A stretch of DNA of 64,000 bases. Source: the human T2T-CHM13v2.0 reference genome, Homo sapiens. Position numbers and translations under genes: made by a program. The stretch is from assembly GCF_009914755.1 (NCBI RefSeq), contig NC_060926.1; one strand, 5' to 3'. Positions 27,553 through 41,406 of the stretch are shown here, one piece after another. Position 1 is the stretch's first letter, and the number at the start of each line of letters is the position of its first letter. The notes beneath the pieces are model-generated. The model worked only from the letters and a program-made list of their open reading frames with translations, ran no database searches and was not told the origin of the DNA.

Positions 27553-28217
27553 GGCGGGTGGGTCCCGCGGGGCGAGCTGAGCTAGGGTGAGCATCCTGTG
27601 GGGTAGACTATGGCGGCTGGGCGCGTGCGGCCTGTGCGGGGCCTCCCCGGCTGCGGTGAGAGCGGCTCGAGGGGTCCCGTGCCCGGACCCTGAAGTGCGG
27701 CCAAGCCGTGGGGGGCTCCGTGGGCTCGCGCTGCACCGCGGTGGGGTTGGGGTCCAGCCACATAGATTGAGTTGCAAGGCCCTTTGGGACGGGAAACTGC
27801 ATGTTACAAATGGGGAAACTGAGGCCAAGATCGAAAAACGCTGGGAGGGACTAGCTCCAAGCTGACGCACTAGTGTCCAGGCAGAATCCTGCTGGCCTAG
27901 CCAGGACCCTTTACATCCCAGCTTTGCTCAGATGGCTCCCAGGGGTGACCTGTGGGTGGTGTTCCTGGCATGGACCCTGGATCCTGTTCCCACAGAGCTC
28001 CCTGTCAGGCCGAGGCCCCGTTGCCCACCTGGTCTTCACAGATCCCCTCCAGGCGCCTGCTCAGGGGCACCATGACAGGCCTTGCCCACCCTGTCGTCAC
28101 ATCTTCACTGCAGCTTTTGCAGCCTTTCCCTGAAACTGAAGACTCCCCATCCCCCAAAGCCCTGTTGGGATGCCTCTTCCCCCTCCTCCTCCATGAAGAC
28201 TTTCTGCCTTACAGGAC

Positions 28218-28407
28218 GGACGGGGGGCCCAGGTGGGCAAAGGGGTCACCTGAGGTCAGCCCGGGGGGCTCTGTGGACACCAGGATGGAGGTCAGGAAGA
28301 CGCTGCCCCCCACGGAACCCCTCGGGCCTGGGAAGCCTGGAAGGGCAGGGCCAGGAGGAGAGCTGGGTCCAGGCAGTGCTCTCACAGTAGACGCCCTAAG
28401 GGTGCGG
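28218..28407 (+). repeat. Copy 2 of the ~190-bp direct duplication
   Basis: Collinear with 26680-26875, with scattered substitutions and small indels. Confidence 0.92.
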
Positions 28408-29033
28408 TTGGGGTTTCATTTGTTTCATCCACGCCTATTTTGCTCTGTGCACCCTGTCTCTGAGAGTCTCGGGGTCAGGTGTACAGTGGGGACGCTGCAG
28501 TCCTCAGGTTTGGAGAAGAGAATGTCAATGAGACAATAGCAGTGAAGTTGTCTGAGAACTGGCTGCTGGAATAAAATCCTGGCTCTGCCCCTCACTAACT
28601 TTCGAACCTGGGTGGTCATTCATCTCTTTGAGCCCCAGCCTCTCCGTTTGTGGAATGTGAAGTGATTACCCATCAATTTCATGGCGGGTAAATTGTGTCC
28701 AATAAACAATGGCTGTCAGGGCATGGTGAATGCTTAACCAGGCTGTGTCCACCCCTCCACAGTGGGTGGGAGCTGGCCTAGCTCATGGCCTGGGGTGCAG
28801 CGCAGACTCTCCAGAGGTCCAGGAACCTCAGCAGTGGTGTCAGCAGGTTTGCCACATGCTCTGGGGCTGTGGTGATGGGGCGGAGACAGGACATCAGCCA
28901 CTGGCCTGGGTCCAGGGAAAGGAGGCCCAGCAGAGCCCTGGTCACGTCCCAGCTCTTGCAGTGGAGCCGGGGACCTGGGTGTGGAGCAGGCAGACCACAC
29001 TGCAGCAAAGGGGCAGCCAGGCAGAAGCTCAGG

Positions 29034-29495
<462 letters not shown>

Positions 29496-30902
29496 AAAAT
29501 GCTTACTTCTGAGTAGCTGAACTGAGTTTACTTGCACCCACAGAGGGCGCAAGGAGGCACAATTGTCGCCCCCATCTTGCAAATGAAGACACCAAGGCTG
29601 AGACACTTGAAAAGGCCCCTGAGGGTCAGAGGATGCTCTAGATTGACTTGAGCCAGGTCTTTGGCTGAATACCCTTCCCCCAACTCCAGTAGCTTCTTTG
29701 GGGCCAGAGCAAGGCAGTGCTTAGAGGATGGGAGGAAGCAGGTTCCCTGGTAGGAAGCCCCCAGCCTGGCTTTTCACCAATGGAGGCATGAGGTCAGCCT
29801 CTCTCTGCACTAATGTTAAGGCTTGGCAATGACCTCTCCCCACTCAAGCCCACCCCTCCCAAATCCTCGTCATTCATAAACAGCTTCCACCCAGCTCAGC
29901 CATGGAGGCTGGTAGTACCTTCTAACGCAGGGTGCTCACCCTGGCTGCAGATCAGAATCACCCTGCTGTATCCCTCAGAGATCCTGACTCCATTGTTCTC
30001 CGTGAGTTATGGGGGCTCCTAGTTAAGCACGCCAAGTGGTTCTGTGTGTGGCTGGGCCCTGGGACCCCTGGCATGGGCAGCCATCAATCAGGAGAAGTCC
30101 TGGCTATGATCACCTCTTGCCTGCCGGAGAATCAGATGGGCAGAGAGAAGATGCAAAGCAGCATTTCCTCCTTACACACTTCCAAATGCTCGCCCACAGT
30201 GACTGTGTTTTTGTTCCATCCTGTTTTAGTGGACATATGTTCTCAAAATCATTACTCTGTGCTTGGGACTGGGGTCCAGGCCTCCTCCCCATTTTACGGA
30301 TGGAGAAATTGAGGCTCAGAAGGGAGTCAGGACCAGGACGCAGGACAGACGATGCCAGATGAATGGCCCTTCCCATTCCTCTGCTAGAAGAACAAGTGTC
30401 CACTCCCTATTTCTTGTTTTTCTCCTGAAAATCCAAATGTTTATAGAAGTCATAAAGAGAAATAAACAACCAGGTTTTTGCCCCAGGAAACAGGTCTGGT
30501 GAAGATGTTTATTGGAGACTCTTGAGGACCAAACCCAAAACTGGGTCATCCTGAGGGGAAGAGGGTGAGGAGGAGCCACGATGAATTGCACCAACGTGGG
30601 ATTTCTGAAGATAGTCGCGCCAGTTTCTGACCCTGGGGCTGCTGAGGGTGACCCCGTGTCCAGGCCCAGCAGGACAGTCCTGCCTTGTGCTTTTGTGCCC
30701 ATGCCCTCTTTCACTCTCACAGTGCCCGGCTTGGGCGGCAAATGACACAGGTGCCCTTCACACCACAGGGAACTCCCAGACCTGGAGTTCTCAGTGCAGT
30801 GGACAGAAAAGGAGGCCGAGGCTTGCTGCGTTTTTGGAGACACTTAGCACCACATTCTGTATTTATCCACATTAGGTTTGGGACAGTTTGTTGGGAAGGG
30901 GC

Positions 30903-30910
30903 GTGTGTGT

Positions 30911-30944
<34 letters not shown>

Positions 30945-30970
30945 CTGTGTGTGTCTGTGTGTGTGTATGT
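30903..30970. repeat. (TG)n microsatellite
   Basis: Directly visible. Confidence 0.95.
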
Positions 30971-30997
30971 ATACACGCATGAGTGGGAAAGAAAGAA

Positions 30998-31503
<506 letters not shown>

Positions 31504-32879
31504 TCATTGCAGGATCACACCCCCATCCCTGCACAATCCCTAATCTCACATCAGAATCACTCAGAGGTAGGACCAGGGTCATGATCCCATTTCAGGAAGG
31601 AGTGAAAGAGGGGCTTTGCTGGGCCCCGGACTCAGAAACCAGAGCCCTGGGTGGGTGGGGCCCAGGCTGGGCAGCCCCCAGCCAACCAAGGGTAGGGACT
31701 GGTAGGGCCCCAAGTGAATGGGTCCCCGGGCTCTAGCCCGGGAGGCCCACCGGGGATCTGCACAGCGTGGGCAGCTCTGCCGGGATCTGCTTGTGGCGCA
31801 CTGGACGGCCGGGTGCTGACTCAGTGTCTGGCCAGCAGCAACTGGGCTGGGGCCAGATCCCATCGCAGCGCAGCCGTGTCGGCAGGCAGCTGCTCCCGGA
31901 CCAGGACCAGCTGCTCCTGGGGACCAGGACCAGAACGAAGTGTTAGCTGTTGACACGTCAGTCCAAGTCCCCTACCCCTCTGCTTTTGCTGCTCCCAGTC
32001 CCTCCAGTTTTCCCTCATCTGTTCATCCACAAAGACCCTGGAAGCCCTGAGCTTCCTCTGTGTCTGGAGCTGCAGCATGGCAGTGGGAAGGGCTGCCCCT
32101 CTGCAGGGCCGCTGTGCTGTGTGCTAGGTGGGGCTAATAGCTGGGGTCACCCCTGCTGCTCACCCTTAGCTGAGGAGGAGAGGAAGCAAATTGGGTGCTC
32201 CCCAGTGACTTGGGTCTGGATTCTGCTGTCAGCCTACACACAGAGCAGGAGGCTGGGGACTAGAGGTTCTCTGGGGACAGCATGTAGAGGACTTGACCAC
32301 AGTGCTAGATGCTGGCAGGGACGGAACCGAGTAAGACACCATCCTCCCCAGGGCAACCTGCCATCTTTCTGATGACAGACACTTACACAAGTACAGGGAA
32401 GACAGGGACCTCACGCCATGGAGGAGCCCAGGGTGTGCGAGGTGGACTTCTCCCCTGTGCAGACCTACTCCTACCTCCTCAGCCTGTCCCTGCCCCTGTG
32501 TCCTGGGAGGGTGGCCTCTCCAGATTCTATTCTGGCTTCAGCCAGTAGGAGAGACTGCCAGGGCTGGAGAGCAGGAGGAGAGGGTAAGGAGGGAGGGGGC
32601 TGATACTCCTGGCCCCACCTTTTCAGATCACTCCAGACAGCCTGCCCTCTTGCTGAGGGCTTTAGTTTCTGAATGGCACTGTCCAGTTCCACCACTGGCT
32701 CCCTCCTCGTGCCCTCCAGCACTGGCAAAGACCCCAATGCCACCCACACCTCCCTTGGTGGGTCCCCAGCCCTGTCCACACCTGTGTAAGCAGCCTGTCA
32801 CCAAGCTCTCTGCAGCTGTGCCCCTGGAGCATAGCAAGAGGTTTCCTGCCGGAACCCTCACTGGTACATGCGGGTCTTT

Positions 32880-33950
32880 CTCAAAAGCCCACGAGCATTG
32901 ACATAACCAGGCAGAGAGCCCCTCAAAATACCAGTAAACAATTCAAAGAAGAAATTGTACAAGTTATTGTTCTCTGAGCCTAAGCGATAAAACAAAAAGT
33001 AAATAAGAAAAGTATGGTCAAGAAAAAAATGTCTAATGCCTTGGAAGTTAAAAAACTTACTAGGTTAAATGAAGAAATATAACTGAAGTTGCAATCTTTC
33101 TAGAAATGAATGAAAATGAGAATGCTCTTTATCAAAACCAAGGGGATGCAGCCGCTGTGCTGTGAGAGGGAAGTTCAAGCTTAAAGGCATTGATACGAAT
33201 TCAGGAAAGGTTGGAAATGATTGGCCTCTATGTTCAACCTCAGAATCTAGACAATGAACATCAACAACACGATTCAACAGGGCAGGATAAAGGGATTAAG
33301 GCAAAACCCCAAGTCATGAAATAGAAAATAAACACAAATTAGACTTAGGAAAAAAAAGGATTGGTTCTTTGAAAATGACAAGAGGATATAACTATAGAAA
33401 CAAAATATTTAAAATTAAATACATATATAAAAAGTGAAAATCTAAGTAACATCGATACAGCTGGGTGCAGTGGCTCACACCTGTAATCCTAGCACTTTGG
33501 GAGGCCGAGGAGGATGGATCACCTGAGGTCAAGAGTTCAAGACCAGCCTGGCCAACCTGGCCAAACCCCATCTCTACTAAAAATATAAAAATTAGCCAGG
33601 CGTGGTGGCACATGCCTGTAATCCCAGCTGCTCGGGAGGCTGAGGCAGAGAATCGCTTGAACTTGGGAGGCGGAGGTTGCAGTGAGCTGAGATTGTGCCA
33701 TTGCACTCCAGCCTGGGCAACAGAGCAAGATTCTGACAAAAAAAAAAAAAGGTGCATAATGAGAAGAAAATTGAAGCAAGTCAAAGAGAAATTACTAGAG
33801 GAGTCTTACCTATGCTATGGCAAATCAACCTAACAACTTTAAGGCCATAATAATTAAAACAACTCAATATTGGCAAGGGAACCAACAAAAAGATAAATGA
33901 TAGAGGTAGCACATGCTAAGGGCGGGATTTCAAACTAGTAGGGGAAAGGC
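32880..33950 (+). mobile_element. Old L1 ORF2 fragments with an Alu at 33459-33750 (+)
   Basis: L1-like gggatgcagcc...gagagggaagttca and ttggttctttgaaaa; Alu consensus in the middle. Confidence 0.7.
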
Positions 33951-36823
33951 TCAACCTTCTCAGCTGCACTTGGGTGAAGGATCTCTGGAGAGGGAAAGTC
34001 AGGAACCCTCCCTGCTCCATGCACAAGCCCAGTGGACTAAAACCTAACCTAAGAACAGAAACTCCGGAGCAAGTGGGTGAGTGGGTAAATCAGCGAGAAC
34101 CAGCTCTTTCCCAATGCCTCACCCACATGGAGGCCCATGGCCAGGGTTGGCTTTGTCTGATGGATGCGGGACACCCTCGGCCAGCAGGGGCCCAGGCGCG
34201 GCTGGAGACTGGAGGCCAGCTGAGCAGAAAAGCCAGGCCCTGCAGCGAAGCCTGATCAGAGGCAGCTCCCCCTCCCCGAGCCTGCGTGCTGCAGATGGGT
34301 GCTGGCTGGTGACACCATCCCTGACCGTGCAGGGCAGCCATCGGCGGGGATAGCCCATGTGTGCATACGGTTGGATGACTCAGAGTCAGTCCCAAGCCGG
34401 AGGCCTCTCACCCACAGCTGAAGTTTGATGTTGGATCTGTGCCTCACCGCAGTGTGGCCTGGAGTTCCAGGATGCTAACATTCACGAGCCTATGCAGTGC
34501 CCCCATGGCACTTTCAGAGGAAGGCACTGAGGGTTGAGCTGGACACATCTCCTGATCCCAGGGCCCCTGCCTCCTCGTCTCCATCAGGGGTTCTCAGAGG
34601 CGGCTGGGCACCTGGTGCACCCGGGCTGGCCACCGTGTTGTTAAATGCACCCCAGAGTTCCTGGGGCTCAGCCTGAGTCGGAGCCGCTGGTCAGAATTAC
34701 CTCCAGTGCCCCGCACTGTGAGGGGGAGTGTGGCTTCTGGGAAAAAAGAGGCGCCATCTGCATAGAGCAGCCCTCTCTCCCTCTCCCCTCGTCCCCTTCT
34801 GTGGTCCCAGCTCCTGTGCAGGTCACCAGAGAGTGACTTTCCCTGAAGCCCACACTGGCGGCTCCTACCCTGGTAAGGAGGGGGCACACCTGGGTCCGGT
34901 TCCCAGGTAGTGTCTACTCAATGCTAGCTGTGTGGCTCCGGGCAGGGCTCCCTCTCTCCAGCCTCAGTTTCCCCATCTGTAAACTGGAGAGTCTTTTAGA
35001 GGCCACAACCTCGGATGACCCTTCTGCCACTCAGGCTCCATCAAAGGGTCTGCAGTTCTGCTTCCATCCAAGGGAGCACAGCACGCAAGGGACTTAACTC
35101 AGACTCAAGGTCAGAAGATGACCTGCAGAAACAGAACCAGCAGCAGGAGCAGCTGAGATGGAAGCTTTCCTTAGATCTTGGCAGAAGAGAAGTTGACCTT
35201 GGAGGAAGGAGTTTGGGGATCAATTCCCTTTTCCTCTGTTATTCAAGAGGACGTGTGGGGAGCTAAGAGGCCAGTCCAGATGCCGCCAATGCCGCTGTGT
35301 GCAAAGCTGTCTCTGAGAGCAAACGTGGGGCTTGGTGGCCGTGAGCTGGCCACACTGAGCATCTCTTCCAGGCAAATTCTGTCTCCCCCAGCCCCAGGTG
35401 CAATCACTGGGCCATGACTGGAGAAATTGAGTGGGGAGGTGTGGAGAAGGCATCCTGGCAACAGCAGGGGCAGTCGTGACCCATGGAGGACACCCTGTGT
35501 GGACCCGTAAGGGGGAGCTGCAGACACCATGGACAGCGAGTTCCCTGGGCTGGTCAGCAGGGGACAAGGATCCCAGCAATCCATGGCCTGAGCTCACAGG
35601 CCTGGAGGGCTCCAAACAGCCTCCCCAGTGCCACCTGCTGGGAAAAAGAATTAGAACCAGGGATGCATCTAAAACTGACAGGAAAGGTTAGACAGGAGCT
35701 CCCAACAGGGCGAGTGTGCCTCGGGATCCACAGCCCAGGCCCCCTCCCCATGGGGGAGGCTGTCCCCACCCAGGCCCAGGTGCCCACAGAAGTGTGGCCT
35801 TCCCGGGAGGATCCAGCTGTCGCTGGGTGGCCAACACGCCTCTTCTCAGGGTGCCTGGACACATGCTCCTGAGGCATGCCCCCCTGGGCTGAGCACAGGG
35901 AGCCCCACCTCAAAGCTGAAGCCCCATCAGTGCAGCCACATAGGTGCCTGGGTCCAGCTGGCCTCATCTCCTCCAGGCCAGCCTCCCCGGCTGCTCTTCT
36001 CCGTTTACAGGAGGGACCCTTGGATAGGTCACTCCCTGTTCCATGCCTCTGTTTCCTCATCTGTAAACGGGAAATAACACAGAATTTCCTCAAGGGGCTG
36101 CAAGGACTGGCTGAGTTCTGTAAAATGTGGAGGACAGGGCACACCGATGGCTCATTCCCATGACTCCTGGGCTTCTAGGATGGACAGGAATCCAGCTTCC
36201 CAGCTGGGCTTCTGGTTTCGGCCCTTCCCTGATGGATCTGGCATGGGAGGGCCCACTTCCTTCCAGGATCTGCCTGTGGCCTGTGCTCCTGGTCGGGCCA
36301 GCAAGAATGAACTTATTCTCAGGGTCCCCCCATCTCCCAGCCTCCTTGCAGCCTCCTGGGCCACATCTGCAGTCTCAGGGACTCGAAGCCCTGCGGGGAG
36401 AGGTCAGCGGGAGGCCTGTGACCTCAGAACACCTCTCCACCCACAGGCACCAGATCTGGGGGCAGCCCAGGAGGGGCTAGGACATTCCTAGGGCCCTGAG
36501 GGATGTGGGCTGGGAGCTGGCCCTCAGGGCTACCAGGTGAAGGTCTGGGCTGGGCTTTGGGGAAAGGAATCCGGGGGTCTGTTCTGAGGAAGGGAGGTCT
36601 TTTGCCTGGGGTGACCCTTCATAGAGCACTCTCTCCTGTCCCACCAGGAATTAGGTGAGGCCTTAGGCTTCAAGCCTACTGGGGTTGTAAGGGAGAATGA
36701 AAATCTTTCCTTTCACCCTCTGAAGTTTCCCTGAAAAAATGAACCGACAGAAAGCAGAATAACAGGAGAAAAGGCATACAAATTTATTAATGTACACAGG
36801 AGTCAGGGAAATAGAACTCAAAG

Positions 36824-37116
36824 AGGCTGGGCACGGTGGCTCATGCCTGTAATCCTAGCACTTTGGGAGGCTGAGGTGGGTGGATGGCTTAAGCTCAGGA
36901 GTTTGAGACCAGCCTGGGTGAAACCCCATCTCTACCAAAAAAAAAAAAAAAAATTAGCTGGGCTTGGTGGCACGTGCCTGTGGTCCCAGCTACTTGGGAG
37001 GCTGAAGTGGGAGGATCACTTGAGCCTGGGGGTTGGCGGCTACAGTGAGCTTAGATGGCGCCACTACACTCCAGCCTGGGTGATAGAGCAAGACCCCCTC
37101 TCAAAAAAAAAAAAAA
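36824..37116 (+). mobile_element. Alu (J-like) with TSD
   Basis: Alu consensus flanked by agaactcaaaga on both sides. Confidence 0.9.
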
Positions 37117-37217
37117 AGAACTCAAAGAAAGGCAGGATAGTTGCTGTTTTTATACCACCTTGAGATTTGTAAACCAAGAATAAAGTCCTAAGCCCTTTCA
37201 ACCAACTGACTAGACCC

Positions 37218-38046
37218 CGTTATATATATAAAGTTTGGTGCCGCAAAAGGAATAGCACTCGAATATAAAATTTTATTTTTAATTCTCAGCAAGGTAAGTT
37301 ACTGCTATAGAAGGATGTACCCTTAGAGATGGAGCAATGGTGAGCGCACACCTGGACAAGGGAGGGGAAGCGGGTCTTAACCCTGAAGGATGTGGCCCCT
37401 GCTGCTGTGTGGTTCCGCTACTGGCTAGGGTTAGACCGCACAGGCTAAACTAATTCTGACCGGCTAATTTAAAAGGAGTGATGGGGTGAGTGCTTTGGCG
37501 GGAAAAATGGTTATGACAGAGCAGGTAATCAGAATGAGTCGGGGGAGCAGGTGATCGGAATGAGTCAGGGGGAGCAGGTAATCAGAATGAGTCGGGGTGG
37601 AGTAGGTAATCAGAATGAGTCGGGGTGGAGTAGGTAATCAGAATGAGTCGGGGGGAGCAGGTGATCGGAATGAGTCTGGGTGAAGTAGGTAATCAGAATG
37701 AGTCGGGGGGAGCAGGTGATCGGAATGAGTCAGGGTGGAGTAGGTAATCAGAATGAGTCGGGGGGAGCAGGTGATCGGAATGAGTCTGGGTGAAGTAGGT
37801 AATCAGAATGAGTCGGGGGGAGCAGGTGATCGGAATGAGTCAGGGTGGAGTAGGTAATCAGAATGAGTCGGGGGAGCAGGTGATGGGAATGAGTCAGGGG
37901 GAGCAGGTGATCGGAATGAGTCTGGGTGAAGTAGGTAATTGAAAATGTTGCTTTATGAGGAAGTTAAGTTTAACAGTAGAAGGCAAAGAATTGAACATAC
38001 TGACATATTGATTCTTTGACTAGAAATTTAGAACTTATATCTAACA
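37218..38046 (-). mobile_element. LTR10A/F-type solo LTR (HERV-I group) with expanded internal VNTR
   Basis: gttatatatataaagtttggtgccgcaaaaggaatagcactcgaat... through ...gaacttatatctaaca matches the recalled LTR10 reverse complement. Confidence 0.8.
37519..37940. repeat. 26-28-bp VNTR (AGCAGGTGATCGGAATGAGTCAGGGTGG-like), 15 units
   Basis: 15 AATGAGTC cores counted: 4 TGAGTCA, 8 TGAGTCG, 3 TGAGTCT. Confidence 0.93.
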
Positions 38047-39069
38047 ATCCCCTCTTGACCAAGGAGACTCCACTGAAACCTGAAAAGCTGAATTCCCAGC
38101 CATGACAGGAAGTGGGGTCAGACATACCTCCTTATTCTCCCTCCGTTTTGGGATTTAGGCACAGCTGAGCAGCACTAACCTTAAAGTAGAGATCATGAGA
38201 GTGATAGAGCAGACTCCTTGTGGCAATAAGACACCAAATTCCAGCTTGACTCTGGTGTAACCTCACACGACAGATGGCAGACCCTGAAGGAAATAAAAGT
38301 ATTTTACTCCAAACTATATTTCTTTGACATATTTTGAGATGGCCCTGCAAAGCCATCTTTTGTGGGGGAAATTTGCATCTGTAGAGAATCTCCATTAATG
38401 CAGCCAGGCCTTCCTTTCTAGTCCTTTCCCGGATCTAAGGGAGATTAAATGAGGGTCTGACACTTTCAAAGTCTGAAAACAGACATTCACCTTCTATTCT
38501 CTCTGAAGACTGCGACCTGGGAGGCTTCAACTGCATAACAAGAACCGTGCTCTCCACAACCCCCTTATCTTAACCCAAGCCTTTCTTTCTACTGACTTCA
38601 AGTCTTTAAACAAAGTCTAGCTCTTTCAACCAATTGTCAATCAGAAAATCTTTGAATCCATCTGTGACCTGTAAGCACCCCAACTTGGAGATGTCCCATC
38701 TCTTTAGGCAATTTACACCTTCCATGTATTGATTTATGTCTTTGCCTGTAACGTCTGTCTCCCTAAAATGTATAAAACCGAGCGGTGACCCGACTCCCTG
38801 GGCACACTTTCTCAGGAACTCTTGAGACTGTTCCCCGGGCCATGGTCACTCATATTGGCTCAGAAGAAACCTCTTTAAATATTTTATGGAGTTTGGTTTT
38901 TCTTTGAACAGGTTACAGAAAGAATGGAGGCTCAAGCACGGCCAAAAACAGATCCCAGTGGCATGGCAGGTTTTGGGAGGGGGAGAAGAGGAGGCCAGGC
39001 TCACCAGGTTAGGGGACCTCACAGCTAGCAAATGGTAAATGCTGCTTTTAGCCTTTAAGGGTGACAGAC

Positions 39070-41406
39070 TGATATGGTTTGGCTCTGTGTCCCCACTCAA
39101 ATCTTACCTTGAATTTTAATAACCACCACATGTCAAGGGTGGAACCAAGTGCAGATAATTGAATCACAGGAGTGGTTTCTGCAATGCTGTTCTCCTGATA
39201 GTGAGTGGGTTCTCACAAGATCTGATGATTTTATAAGGGGCTTCACTTGGCATTCCTTCTCCTTCCTGCCATCATGTGAAGAAGGACATGTTTGCTTCCC
39301 CTTCCACCATGATTGTAAATTTCCTGAGGCCTCCCCAGCCCTGTGGAACTGTAAATCAATTAAACCTCCTTCCTTTGTAAATTACCCAGTCTCAGGCAGT
39401 TCTTTAATGCAGCATGGGAAGGGAGTAATATCGTAAACTCTTACCACAGAGAGTGGGGTGCTTCTGTAAAGATACCCAAAAATGTGGAAACAACTTTGGA
39501 ACTGGGTAACAGGCAGAGTTTGGAACAGTTTGGAGGGCTCAGAAGAAGACAGGAAAATATGGGAAAGTTTGGAACTTCCTAGAGACTTGGAGGGTTCAGA
39601 AGACAGAAAGATGTGGGAAAGTTTGGAACTTCCTGGAGAATTATTGAATGGCTTTGACCAAAATGCCAATAGTGATATGGACAACGAAGTCCAGGCTGAG
39701 GTGATCTCAGATGGAGATGGGGAACTTGTTGGGAATGGGAATAGAGGTTACTCTTGCTGTGCAAAGAGACTGGGGGCATTTTGACCCTGCCCTAGAGATC
39801 TATGGAAAGCTGAACTTGAGAGAGATGATTTAGTGTATCTGGTGGAAGAAATTTCTAAGTGGCAAACTGTTCAAGAGGAAGCAGAGCATAAAAGTTTGAA
39901 AAATTTGCAGCCTGATGATGCAATGGAAAAGAAAACCCATTTTCTGGGGAGAAATTCAAGCCAGCTTCAGAAATTTGCATAAGTAATGAAGAGCTGAGTG
40001 TTAATCACCAAGACAATGAGGAAAATGTCTCCAGAGCATGTCAGAGACCTTCACAGCAGCCCCTTCCATCAAGGGCCCAGAGGCCTAGGAGGGAAAAAGG
40101 GTTTCCTGAGTTGGGTCCAGGGCCCCCCTGCTGTGTGCAGCCTTGGAACTTAGTGCCCTTCGTCCCAGCCACTCCAGCCATGGCTAAAAGGAGCCAACAT
40201 ACAGCTCAGGCCATTGCTTCAGAGGGTGCAAGCCCTAAACCTTGGCAGCTTCCATGTGCTAATGGGCTTGTGGGTGCCCAGAAGTCAAGAATTGAGGTTT
40301 GGGGAGCTCCCAATCCCTAGATTTCAGAGGATGTATGGAATTTCCAGAATGTCCAGACAGAAGTTTGCTGTAGGGCAGAGCCCTCATGGAGAACCTCTAC
40401 TAGGGCAGTACAGAAGGGACTGTGGGGTCAGAGCCCCCACACAGAGTCCCCACTGGGGCACTGCCTAGTGGAGCTGTGAGAATAAGGCCACCATCTTCCA
40501 AACTCCAGAATGGTAGATCCACCGACACCTTGCGCTGTACATCTGGAAAAGCTGCAGACACTCCATAGCCAGCCCATGAGAGCAGCCAGGTGGGGGGAGG
40601 GGAGGTGTTGTACCCTGCAAAGCCACAGGGGCAGAGTTGCCCAAGGCCATGGGAGACCACCTCTTGCATAAGCATGACCTGGATGTGAAACATGGAGTCA
40701 AAGGAGATCATTCTGGAACTTTAAGGTTTAATGACTGCCCTGTTGGATTTCAGACTTGCATGGGGCCTGTAGCCCCTTTGTTTTGGTCAATTTCTCCCTT
40801 TTGGAATGGGTGTATTTACCCAATTCCTGTACCCTCATTGTATCTAGGAAGTAACTAACAAGCTTTTGATTTTACAAGCTCATAGACAGAAGGGAATTGC
40901 CTTGTCTCACATGAGACTTTGGACTTGGACTTTTGTGTTAATGCTGAAATGAGCTAAGACTTTGGGGGACTATTGGGAGGGCATGATTGTGTTTGAAATG
41001 TAAGGATACGAGATTTGGGAGGGGCCGGGGTGGAATGATATGGTTTGGCTCTGTGTCCCCACCCAAATCTCACCTTGAATTGTAATAATCCCCATGTGTC
41101 AAGGGCAGAACCAGGTGGAGGTAACTGAATCATGGGGGCAATTTCTGCCATGCTTTTCTCATGATAGTGAGTGAGTTTTCATGGGATGTGATGGTTTTAT
41201 AAGGGGCTTCCTCATTTGCTTGGCACTCTTTCTCCTTCCTGCCTCCATGTGAAGAAGGATGTCTTTGCTTCCCCTTCTGCCATGATTGTAAGTTTCCTGA
41301 GGCCTCCCCAGCCCTGCATAACTGTGAGTCAATTAAACCTCCTTCCTTTAAAAAATTACCCAGTCTCAGGCAGTTCTTTATGATAGCGTGAGAACAGGCT
41401 AATACA
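39070..41406 (+). mobile_element. Full-length THE1 (MaLR) element: LTR-int-LTR
   Basis: LTRs starting tgatatggtttggctctgtgtcccca at 39070 and 41036; THE1-int motifs between them (aactttggaactgggtaacaggcagag, ggagggctcagaagaagacagg). Confidence 0.9.

Larger units (their letters stand above)
27150..27750. promoter_or_regulatory. Orphan CpG island, promoter-like
   Basis: CpG-dense; contains a GC-box repeat, two X-boxes and a plus-strand donor GG|GTGAGC at 27586/27587. Confidence 0.75.
37168..38910 (+). mobile_element. MER4-family LTR (interrupted by LTR10)
   Basis: Starts tgtaaaccaagaataaagtcctaagccc; resumes at 38047; ends ...ttggttttttctttgaaca. Confidence 0.7.

Noticed and set aside
31814-31824. 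TGCTGACTCAG Maf/AP-1-like site
   Set aside because: Single short motif with no clustering or other support.
35015-35266. Exon-like purine-rich 83-aa ORF as a downstream exon of the orphan promoter
   Set aside because: No recognisable homology and no convincing flanking donor; cannot be supported from sequence alone.
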